From NCBI GenBank assembly GCA_014685065.1, contig GCA_014685065.1_3930.1: a DNA stretch of 64,000 bases; one strand, 5' to 3'. The notes below the pieces were generated by a model. The model saw nothing but the letters and a program-made list of their open reading frames with translations. It was not told the origin of the DNA and ran no database searches. How positions within the stretch are numbered: position 1 is the first letter of the stretch; every line of letters begins with the position of its first letter. This DNA comes from a phage. Shown piece by piece: positions 27,778 to 34,172 of this stretch. The position numbers and the translations under genes were made by a program.

Positions 27778-27852
27778 CAGCATTGTTTGGAGCATCCAGA
27801 GGGAATCGAACCCTCAACCTCAGTTTGGAAGACTGTAATTTTCCCGTTTAAA
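27778..27852 (-). tRNA. tRNA-Gly (anticodon UCC)
   Basis: Acceptor GCATCCA/TGGATGC, anticodon loop CTTCCAA, T-arm GAGGG-TTCGATT-CCCTC. Confidence 0.6.
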
Positions 27853-27858
27853 CTATGG

Positions 27859-27934
27859 ATGCACTAATTGGTGGAGAAGCAGGGAATTGAACCCTGTACT
27901 TAAGTTTGCAAAACTTATGTTTTAACCATGTAAA
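27859..27934 (-). tRNA. tRNA-Ala (anticodon UGC)
   Basis: Anticodon stem TAAGT/ACTTA, loop TTTGCAA, T-arm CAGGG-TTCAATT-CCCTG, CCA encoded. Confidence 0.6.
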
Positions 27935-27940
27935 CTACAT

Positions 27941-28016
27941 CCCCAATGTTTGGTACAGGTGGAGGGAATTGAACCCATCGTCTTACTGATTAAGAGTCAG
28001 CCGCATAACCATTTTG
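27941..28016 (-). tRNA. tRNA-Lys (anticodon CUU)
   Basis: Acceptor GCAGGTG/CACCTGT, anticodon stem GCTGA/TCAGT, loop CTCTTAA, CCA encoded. Confidence 0.55.
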
Positions 28017-28023
28017 CTACACC

Positions 28024-28100
28024 TGCATTAATTTGGTACACCTAGAGAGATTCGAACTCACACTGAGCAGATTCTAAGTCTGCTGCCTCTACCAATTGGG
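28024..28100 (-). tRNA. tRNA with anticodon UAG (Leu-type), class I architecture
   Basis: Acceptor GCACCTA/TAGGTGT, A73, anticodon stem GCAGA/TCTGC, loop CTTAGAA, T-loop TTCGAAT. Confidence 0.45.
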
Positions 28101-28356
28101 CTATAGGTGCATTAAATCTTTTTAGAGAACTTCTAAGAACCTAAGCAACAAGGTTCCACAACAAGCTGTAATAACCTTAGAAGCCCTCTAAAAAGACCTA
28201 ATTTGGTCTTTGCATAGTCTTGTTTAATCCGGTGACTAGAACCTTTGGAGAGCTTGATATTATCTCTTCTCCGTGACACCTACTAGGTGCTTTACTGTGC
28301 GTGTACGACAATACACGAGGGATACCAAAGCAACATCCGAATGAAGCTTGGCTTTA

Positions 28357-28446
28357 AATCTTATTAGGCGGTAAGTAAAGGAGTCGAACCCTCACCGTAT
28401 CTCTACAGTGGCAACTGTTTTCAAGACAGTTTGGCTACCATTAGCC
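28357..28446 (-). tRNA. tRNA-Ser (anticodon UGA), class II
   Basis: ~90 nt; acceptor GGTAGGT/ACTTACC, perfect anticodon stem ACTGT/ACAGT, loop CTTGAAA, long variable arm; only CC of CCA encoded. Confidence 0.55.
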
Positions 28447-28459
28447 GCTACCTACCCCT

Positions 28460-28542
28460 AATAAGACTTTGGCATGGGACGGAGGAGTTGAACCACTTTG
28501 AAACGGTTTTGGAGGCCGTTGCTCATGCCTTAGAGTCTTAAC
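28460..28542 (-). tRNA. tRNA-like gene, possible Trp (anticodon CCA); atypical D-region and T-stem
   Basis: Perfect acceptor GTGGGAC/GTCCCAT with CCA; loop CTCCAAA; D-loop over-long and T-stem with mismatches, may be degenerate. Confidence 0.35.
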
Positions 28543-28684
28543 ATCGTCCCACACTATAATTCGAAGCTTACCGTATTTTCACAACACTGTAAAGCCCCTT
28601 CTCAGATTATTTACATGTTCTGGAAAACATGAGATACAGACCACCTCCTTACACGGAGACCCGATAAGGTCGTCTAAGCAATCT

Positions 28685-28761
28685 GCTAACTATTTGGCAC
28701 ACCCTACAGGATTCGAACCTGTAACTAACGATTTAGAAGACCGTTGCTCTATCCAATTGAA
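28685..28761 (-). tRNA. tRNA-Arg (anticodon UCU)
   Basis: Acceptor GCACCCT/AGGGTGT, anticodon stem ACGGT/ATCGT, loop CTTCTAA; D-arm near-identical to tRNA-Arg(ACG). Confidence 0.65.
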
Positions 28762-29008
28762 CTAAGGGTGCATTAATCTTTAAAGACTCTCTTAGAAAGC
28801 CCTTAAAGATGCCCACCTTATTAATCATACCGTGGGCGAGTACGCCAAATTCTTTGATGAGGGATTGGAAGACCTCACTGGTGTTTAGCCTATCAAGCTA
28901 CTGCCAGAAAAACATTGTCGTTTGCATTTATTTTAAATTTGCAAAATAGACGCTACGCAACGAAAACTAAGGTTACTATAAAGTGGTCACATCTCAATGT
29001 CAACAACT

Positions 29009-29084
29009 TTATTGAAATTGGTACTGTGAGAAGGATTCGAACCTTCTGCCTTTCGGTTATCAGCCGAATGCACATCCATATGTG
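29009..29084 (-). tRNA. tRNA-Ile (anticodon GAU)
   Basis: Acceptor GCTGTGA/TCACAGT, D-stem GCAC/GTGC, anticodon stem TTCGG/CCGAA, loop CTGATAA, CCA encoded. Confidence 0.65.
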
Positions 29085-29087
29085 CTT

Positions 29088-29573
29088 TCACAGCATTGTT
29101 ACCCCTTCGTGTACCTCTCTGTGGCAATTTGCACACAGTAATACACACTTATCAACTTCAGACTTCATTACCTCTATAGAGAAGTGTTTTTGTCCTACTG
29201 TGAAGTCCTTTGTATTAGGGTCTAAGTGGTGAAACTCTAAAGCCTTTATGCACTTATTGTATCCACAAATTGAGCAACAACCACCTTTGTAATCAACTAA
29301 AACCCTCTTAAGTTTGTCACGAGACTTTTTAACGTGTTGTGACTTCGCTTTCTTTTCTTCATCGGGGTTTTTGTATTGTTTCAGAATACCATTTGAAATA
29401 CATTCATCACAATACTTTCTTGATTTTGGTGTTTGTTTTCCACATGAATGACAAGAGCCTTCTTGTCTTCTTTTTGGATGACTCTTGTTGTTTACCCTTG
29501 CAGCACAAGAGCGTGAACAATATTTTCCGCCTTTAACGGCTTTGTTGTCACAATCTTTATTAGCACAAAACAT
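29088..29573 (-). CDS. HNH homing endonuclease with N-terminal Cys-rich zinc-finger repeats
   Basis: C-terminal HNH motif (CCSICGYN...LEFHHLDP...CVLLCANCHREVH); four CxxC-type pairs N-terminally; ORF-track start at 29732 would overlap tRNA-Met so start set at MFCANKDC. Confidence 0.7.
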   Translation of the reverse strand: MFCANKDCDNKAVKGGKYCSRSCAARVNNKSHPKRRQEGSCHSCGKQTPKSRKYCDECISNGILKQYKNPDEEKKAKSQHVKKSRDKLKRVLVDYKGGCCSICGYNKCIKALEFHHLDPNTKDFTVGQKHFSIEVMKSEVDKCVLLCANCHREVHEGVTML

Positions 29574-29589
29574 AATATCACCAACGAAT

Positions 29590-29666
29590 TGGAGGTTCAG
29601 ATGGGAATCGAACCCACATTCATAGGGCTTATGAGACCCCTGCATTACCTTATCTGCGACTGAACC
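29590..29666 (-). tRNA. tRNA-Met (anticodon CAU; elongator vs initiator vs Ile2 unresolved)
   Basis: Acceptor GGTTCAG/CTGAACC, anticodon stem GGGGT/GCCCT with G-U ends, loop CTCATAA, T-loop TTCGATT. Confidence 0.6.
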
Positions 29667-29670
29667 ATAT

Positions 29671-29746
29671 TGGTAGAAGTGGAGGGATTCGAACCCATCG
29701 CCTGTCAGATTAAAAGTCTGCCGCATCACCATTCTGCTACACTTCC
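29671..29746 (-). tRNA. tRNA-Lys (anticodon UUU)
   Basis: Anticodon loop CTTTTAA, T-arm similar to tRNA-Lys(CUU), CCA encoded. Confidence 0.6.
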
Positions 29747-29752
29747 ATTAAA

Positions 29753-29894
29753 ATTATCTTTGTAGATAAGCTATCCAGACTTGCTTAAGGTCTGTAGCGA
29801 TGTGCCTTGTTGGGTTTAAATCTAGAATTTACCCTTTCACTCTTTGTGGTCGCATACTCACAGGTAAGCTTAATAACTTATCTACAAAGATAAT
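29753..29894 (-). repeat. perfect 18-bp inverted repeat pair flanking a 106-bp core (hairpin RNA or MITE-like insertion)
   Basis: ATTATCTTTGTAGATAAG at 29753-29770 and exact reverse complement at 29877-29894; core holds CAGAC-TTGCTTAAG-GTCTG hairpin. Confidence 0.5.
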
Positions 29895-29895
29895 T

Positions 29896-30028
29896 ACCAG
29901 ACCGTTGTTTATCATCTTAAGTGCTACCATTACACCAACTCGACATCTGCCGAGTGAAGGAATCGAACCTTCGCCTTTTCTTTACCGGAGAAATAGATTG
30001 TTTAAGTTTTGCTGTAAACGGTCTTCTG
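29896..30028 (-). repeat. spacer element copy a (CCAGACC...GGTCTTCTG family) containing tRNA-like T-arm and D-arm in permuted order
   Basis: Closing stem AGACCGTT/AACGGTCT; internal GGCGAAGG-TTCGATT-CCTTC T-arm-like hairpin followed by GAGTTGGTGTAATGGTAGCAC D-arm-like segment. Confidence 0.4.
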
Positions 30029-30040
30029 TAAATTTGTTGA

Positions 30041-30116
30041 GCCAGACCAAGTTTTAAATTTTCAAAATTAAATTGGCTTGAAATTTCATACATTCTTGCT
30101 GTATTTGGTCTTCTGC
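30041..30116 (-). repeat. spacer element copy b (CCAGACC...GGTCTTCTG family)
   Basis: GCCAGACCAAG...TTGGTCTTCTG closing inverted repeat; conserved ACAGCAAG box in minus sense. Confidence 0.4.
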
Positions 30117-30202
30117 TCCTTTAAAGAATACTCGTAAGAACCCTTTAAGGGAGGGGCTAAATAGCCCTCTCAAAACATCATCTTGAAATACTTATTATAA
30201 TT

Positions 30203-30279
30203 TGGCGGTTACGAAGGGATTTGAACCCTCATCATCTCCCGTGACAGGGGAGTATTTTAACCAGTTAAACTACATAACC
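30203..30279 (-). tRNA. tRNA-Asp (anticodon GUC)
   Basis: Anticodon stem CTCCC/GGGAG, loop CTGTCAC, T-arm GAGGG-TTCAAAT-CCCTT, CCA encoded. Confidence 0.65.
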
Positions 30280-30285
30280 TTTATT

Positions 30286-30373
30286 TGGTGTGCCGTGTAG
30301 GAGTCGAACCTACCGAGTCTCAATGACAAGGGATTTACAGTCCCCACCGCTACCATCTACGGGATAACGACAC
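30286..30373 (-). tRNA. tRNA-Tyr (anticodon GUA), class II
   Basis: 88 nt; acceptor GTGTCGT/ACGGCAC, anticodon stem GGGGA/TCCCT, loop CTGTAAA, long variable arm, T-arm GTAGG-TTCGACT-CCTAC. Confidence 0.6.
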
Positions 30374-30442
30374 ATTTAATTTCTATTCAGGCTAAGGACT
30401 TGCACCTTACAAATCGGTGAGCAATCGCTTCTCTCCTAAATT

Positions 30443-30519
30443 TGGCGGTTAGTCAGGGATTCGAACCCTGTGCCATTCGCTTAACAGGCGACCGCACATA
30501 CCTTATGTGCTTCCTAACC
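30443..30519 (-). tRNA. tRNA-Asn (anticodon GUU)
   Basis: D-stem GCAC/GTGC, anticodon loop CTGTTAA, T-arm CAGGG-TTCGAAT-CCCTG, CCA encoded. Confidence 0.6.
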
Positions 30520-30529
30520 TTAATACATT

Positions 30530-30591
30530 GCCAGACCGTGTTTTTTCTTTTATCCGCAAAAAGTATTTTGTTGCTGAATACGGTCTTCTGC
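30530..30591 (-). repeat. spacer element copy c (CCAGACC...GGTCTTCTG family)
   Basis: GCCAGACCGTG...ATACGGTCTTCTG closing inverted repeat with ~45-nt structured loop. Confidence 0.4.
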
Positions 30592-30596
30592 AAAAT

Positions 30597-30672
30597 TGGA
30601 GGCGGGTGCAGGAGTCGAACCTGCCGATACCATGCTAATGAGACATGTGAGACGCCCTTTCTCTATACCCGC
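30597..30672 (-). tRNA. second CAU-anticodon tRNA (Met/fMet/Ile2 candidate)
   Basis: D-stem GAGA/TCTC, anticodon stem CATGT/GCATG, loop CTCATTA (unusual U at position 37), T-arm GCAGG-TTCGACT-CCTGC. Confidence 0.5.
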
Positions 30673-30683
30673 AATTCTTAATG

Positions 30684-30759
30684 ACCAGACCAAATCTCTT
30701 CTTTGTCCGATTTACCTTCAGATGAATAAGATTAAGTTTGCTGTAATTGGTCTTCTGTC
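30684..30759 (-). repeat. spacer element copy d (CCAGACC...GGTCTTCTG family)
   Basis: GACCAGACCAAA...ATTGGTCTTCTG closing inverted repeat; conserved ACAGCAAACTTAA box in minus sense. Confidence 0.4.
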
Positions 30760-30764
30760 AAAAC

Positions 30765-30842
30765 TGGCGTTCCAGAAGGGATTTGAACCCTCAAATATCC
30801 ACTTTGAAAGAGTGGTGACTTTACCATTTTGTCTACTGGAAC
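30765..30842 (-). tRNA. tRNA-Glu (anticodon UUC)
   Basis: Perfect acceptor GTTCCAG/CTGGAAC and anticodon stem CCACT/AGTGG, loop CTTTCAA, CCA encoded. Confidence 0.65.
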
Positions 30843-30849
30843 ATTAATT

Positions 30850-30929
30850 TGGTCTCCGTTGAAGGATTTGAACCCTCGACCCCTTGCTCCCAAAGCAAGT
30901 GCTGCTAAACCAAACTGAGCTAAACGGAG
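30850..30929 (-). tRNA. tRNA-Pro (anticodon UGG)
   Basis: Anticodon stem CTTGC/GCAAG, loop TTTGGGA; 3' half resembles bacterial tRNA-Pro (GGGGTCGAGGGTTCAAATCC); CCA encoded. Confidence 0.6.
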
Positions 30930-30954
30930 ATAAACTTTTCAAACTCTATGTAAC

Positions 30955-30986
30955 CACTTTAACATTATTTTTTAGTGGTTGTCAAG
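30955..30986 (-). promoter_or_regulatory. candidate sigma70-type promoter for the tRNA operon
   Basis: Minus-sense TTGACA-N17-TTAAAG with AT-rich upstream tract, ~25 nt before tRNA-Pro 5' end; AACCACT/AGTGGTT inverted repeat overlaps it. Confidence 0.35.
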
Positions 30987-31042
30987 AACTTTTTTAAAAT
31001 ATTTTTCAGTATCTTAGAAAAGCTCTCATTTCGTTTCTATGT

Positions 31043-31082
31043 AGAACATATTAAAGGGTATCAAACACATTGTCAATACCCT
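31043..31082. terminator. hairpin AAAGGGTAT...ATACCCTTT (terminator-like on plus strand)
   Basis: 9-bp perfect arms, T-run follows on plus strand; lies just downstream of the vWA gene stop. Confidence 0.3.
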
Positions 31083-31094
31083 TTTTAAAACTTT

Positions 31095-32510
31095 TTACCA
31101 GATGTAACGGTCAATCATTACTGCTTTGAGCATTACGCTGATTGGGTCAAACTTCTCACCACCAAGCAGAGCTTTTAAAGTGGCTGGAGAGAACCCTGAT
31201 ACCATTGCTACACCATTATCCTTAACAGATACTTCGCAAGTACCATTACGGTTTGCTAAGTACCAGAATACCAGTTGTGGCATTTTGTATCCAGCTTTTT
31301 TGTACTTACTACGAATCGCTTCAAAGTTTGTACGACCATTAGCTCCATCAACCTGATTGAACTCCATATCAGAGAAGATAATAAGCTTACTTGGCATATC
31401 TTTCTGAGTCAAGTTGTTTCTCTTACCTGTTTCAAGAATGCGGTCAAAAGCTGCTTGTAAGTTAGTTGAGCCATATTCAACGTGTCGCATCACCTGACGA
31501 TGACGGTTTCGTAAATCACCACTCAGTTCGATGAAGTGAGGGTTTGTCGAATAAACCATCAACTCATTCTTAAAGCAACCTGTATTGCGTTCTGCTACAT
31601 ACAAGGCAAGTGATACACCAATATCCAGAGCAGTAATGGAGCCAAAATTCACCCAAGACATTGAACTTGATACATCAGACATACACAAGATGTTTTCACC
31701 TTCTGCCATCCAGTTTGGTAGTGCTTTCCACTGCTCATTAGCAACATCTGCATTACCATACTTGACAGATTTAATCACATCGTATGGGTAAACAGCACCA
31801 GCGTTAATCTTAGTCTCACCTTTTGATAAGGACTCGATGTAAGCTTTGTAACGCTCTCCATCTTTACGGTTAAACAGTTTTTGGTAACGTGCAGCAGCAA
31901 GTGAAGGAATCTTACTGTAGTCAATCTTACCAAACTCATTAGCAGAGATTTTTTGCTCAACTGTATCAGATAGTGCAGACAACAGTGTGCGATACTCTTT
32001 CTCACTCAAGTTTGCAAACTTGCAGAAACGTTTTACAAACTGTTTGTGACGTGGTTTTACTCGTGGTAACCACTTAGCTGCTAAACCTGCTGTTGCAGGG
32101 TCTAGTAAAGCTGCTTCTAAATGTTTGAAGGCATCTGTCTCGAAACGAGTACCTACAAAGATTTTGAAGTCATCAAAGCGACCAAGCTCTGCAATCTTAT
32201 CCATAATGCGAAGAACCTGCGTAGGCTCTAAAACTTTATCTTCAATCGCTTGAAGTAAAACAGTTCGGAAAGCTTTACGCTCACCCATACCTTCTCGTAC
32301 ATCTCGCATATGCAGTAAAATACGAACTGCAACATCAACATCCTCATGCAAAGCTTTGTAGAACAAGTCTGGTAAGATTTCTACATTGCTACGGCTGGAA
32401 CCAGCAGCTTTGTAAAAGTCCACAAGAGCAGACATTGATGAAGTATGGTTTACAGCACCATTTTCAGTTCGACCTGCATGAAGGTGCGCATGTTTAAATA
32501 ATTCGCTCAT
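31095..32510 (-). CDS. von Willebrand factor A (vWA) domain protein with helical N-terminal domain
   Basis: 471 aa; MIDAS-like DxSxS motif (MSDVSSSMS) and downstream Thr/Asp positions (GSTNL, IIFSDMEF) typical of vWA. Confidence 0.55.
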   Translation of the reverse strand: MSELFKHAHLHAGRTENGAVNHTSSMSALVDFYKAAGSSRSNVEILPDLFYKALHEDVDVAVRILLHMRDVREGMGERKAFRTVLLQAIEDKVLEPTQVLRIMDKIAELGRFDDFKIFVGTRFETDAFKHLEAALLDPATAGLAAKWLPRVKPRHKQFVKRFCKFANLSEKEYRTLLSALSDTVEQKISANEFGKIDYSKIPSLAAARYQKLFNRKDGERYKAYIESLSKGETKINAGAVYPYDVIKSVKYGNADVANEQWKALPNWMAEGENILCMSDVSSSMSWVNFGSITALDIGVSLALYVAERNTGCFKNELMVYSTNPHFIELSGDLRNRHRQVMRHVEYGSTNLQAAFDRILETGKRNNLTQKDMPSKLIIFSDMEFNQVDGANGRTNFEAIRSKYKKAGYKMPQLVFWYLANRNGTCEVSVKDNGVAMVSGFSPATLKALLGGEKFDPISVMLKAVMIDRYIW

Positions 32511-32522
32511 ATTTTACTCTCT

Positions 32523-32560
32523 TCTCTCATTGTTGTTTGATGTGACAGACTTTAGAGCAA
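32523..32560 (-). promoter_or_regulatory. operator-like palindrome overlapping a TTGACA box upstream of the vWA gene
   Basis: TGACAGACT...AGTCTGTCA 9-bp perfect inverted repeat around CTATAAAGTTGCTCTAAAG; no U-tract. Confidence 0.35.
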
Positions 32561-32590
32561 CTTTATAGAGTCTGTCAACACCTTTTAAAA

Positions 32591-32962
32591 TTATTTTTTG
32601 AGGGTTGCAACAGCAGAGAACGTTGGTTTGTTATCTGTCTGAGACTGACCGCCGTTATCAGGGGTCTTCTTAGTGTCTGCTGCAATTGCTTTCATCTCAC
32701 CTGCTGAGTGAGTCATGATAGTTTTACCGACCTCAATCATACTCTTGATGGTTACGTCATCTGTGTTTAACCCGAACTCTGCAAGCTTAGCCGCGTCCCT
32801 TGTAACAATCGCCTCAAACAGCTTTGCAGCGAACTCAGCAGAATTATCAATGGTCAGTTGAGCTTTTACGAGTGAGCTTTTGTTACGAGAGCCTTTTGGT
32901 CTTCCAGATGGGTTTCCAGACTGGCCTTTTTTAAACTGGCCTTTGTTTGTTCTGTTTTTCAT
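32591..32962 (-). CDS. hypothetical protein with Gly/Pro-rich basic N-terminus
   Basis: 123 aa; SD AAGAGG before ATG; N-terminal GQSGNPSGRPKGSRNK motif. Confidence 0.5.
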   Translation of the reverse strand: MKNRTNKGQFKKGQSGNPSGRPKGSRNKSSLVKAQLTIDNSAEFAAKLFEAIVTRDAAKLAEFGLNTDDVTIKSMIEVGKTIMTHSAGEMKAIAADTKKTPDNGGQSQTDNKPTFSAVATLKK

Positions 32963-33190
32963 TGGTATGCCTCTTATAAGACCTCTTAAAAGGCTTTTAA
33001 GATAAAAGATAGATATCCAGAAAGATATCTGTTTAAATAGCCTTTTTAGAGGAACCTTTTAAGTTATCTTCTAAGTATTTATAAGCCTACACCTTGTCAA
33101 GTACTTTGTCAACAACTTTTTTAACTTGCAATAGTTCTTGACTTGTTGTATGGATTACTGTACCATCTTACTTAAAGCTGTAGGTCTGCC
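32963..33190. promoter_or_regulatory. divergent intergenic control region with two palindromes
   Basis: CTTAAAAG-G-CTTTTAAG and AGATATC-cagaaa-GATATCT inverted repeats; TTGTCA/TTGACT -35-like boxes on both strands. Confidence 0.35.
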
Positions 33191-33211
33191 TTGTTCTACA
33201 AAGGAGACTTA

Positions 33212-33373
33212 ATGAGAAAATCAAATAAACCGAAGAAAGGTAAGAATACCAATCACTGTAAGGAATCAAAAAGGGTAGAATTAATCTACTATTCGTCCTC
33301 TGAAATTGGTCTGTACCTGTTCTTTCAAAATTACAGAAGACAAGAGGATTATCTATGTGTAGTTCCCAATTAG
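33212..33373 (+). CDS. hypothetical small basic protein
   Basis: Start set at ATG preceded by SD AAAGGAGAC (track start 33191 lacks an RBS). Confidence 0.35.
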   Translation: MRKSNKPKKGKNTNHCKESKRVELIYYSSSEIGLYLFFQNYRRQEDYLCVVPN

Positions 33374-33588
33374 AAATCGCAGATATTATAGATTTATATC
33401 AAACTGCAAAGAGTCATGGCTATATAACCTCAATTGGAAAGAATAGTCACTATGATGCTTTGACTGGAATGTATTTCAGGGCAATGGCTCAATCTAGTGA
33501 ACAACACTTAATGGTTTCTTCCAGTGAGTTTACTTCGTTTCTCTATTGCAGCAAAATTATAAACCGCAGGAGAACTGAAAAATGTTAA
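33355..33588 (+). CDS. hypothetical protein
   Basis: 77 aa ORF overlapping neighbours on the plus-strand operon. Confidence 0.4.
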   Translation: MCSSQLEIADIIDLYQTAKSHGYITSIGKNSHYDALTGMYFRAMAQSSEQHLMVSSSEFTSFLYCSKIINRRRTEKC

Positions 33589-34172
33589 CAGTAAGTTTTA
33601 ATTACAATAGTGATGGCTCTGTATCAATTAATTCACCATATGCAAATGACCTGCTTAAAGAGCTAGTCAATCAGTGTGATAGAGGTCTTCACTATGTTCA
33701 AAATTCTTTTAAACAGAAGACTATTGCTAATAACTTGATGCGTGTAACAGTAACGGCATCGAATCAAAATTATGACTTTGATAGTGAAAGTCCGTACTCA
33801 TTAGTTGCGCTTGGAGAGAGCAGCCAATTCAAACTTGTTTGCCACGACTCAGAAACATTCCTTAAGGTATTTTCCAACCTTATCCATAATAATAAGTACA
33901 GCTACGTTGATGGTAGTGTAAATTTCTATCCAGCAAACTATACATGTTTGTTGGTTGATAATATGAGAAAAAGTAAGCAAGAGCCTACGGAAATTTCATT
34001 TGATGTGAACTCTAGTCCAGACGCAGAAACAAGTAAGAACTTTGATATGAGTTACGCATTGTCACTCAGTAAGAAATCCGAGTTCATTGATTATGTCAAT
34101 GGATTTGGTTTTAAGTTTGATGAGAGTATGAATCTTAAAAAACTTAAGAACCTACTTAAGACCAAAGCTTAA
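33582..34172 (+). CDS. hypothetical protein
   Basis: 196 aa ORF; start overlaps upstream stop. Confidence 0.5.
   Translation: MLTVSFNYNSDGSVSINSPYANDLLKELVNQCDRGLHYVQNSFKQKTIANNLMRVTVTASNQNYDFDSESPYSLVALGESSQFKLVCHDSETFLKVFSNLIHNNKYSYVDGSVNFYPANYTCLLVDNMRKSKQEPTEISFDVNSSPDAETSKNFDMSYALSLSKKSEFIDYVNGFGFKFDESMNLKKLKNLLKTKA

Noticed and set aside
28186-28280. Possible additional tRNA beginning GCACCTAGTAGG
   Set aside because: No T-arm (GTTCNANTC) and no 3' strand complementary to the 5' acceptor could be found; at most a decayed tRNA remnant.
29574-29732. N-terminal 53 codons of the HNH ORF as given by the track
   Set aside because: That extension runs through tRNA-Met and tRNA-Lys(UUU); an internal ATG (MFCANKDC) with the zinc-finger repeats is the plausible start.
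27629-30847. Track ORFs 27629-27838, 28915-29232, 29339-29536, 29800-30057, 30442-30681, 30596-30847
   Set aside because: All overlap tRNA genes, structured spacers or lie antisense to the HNH gene; none has a convincing RBS.
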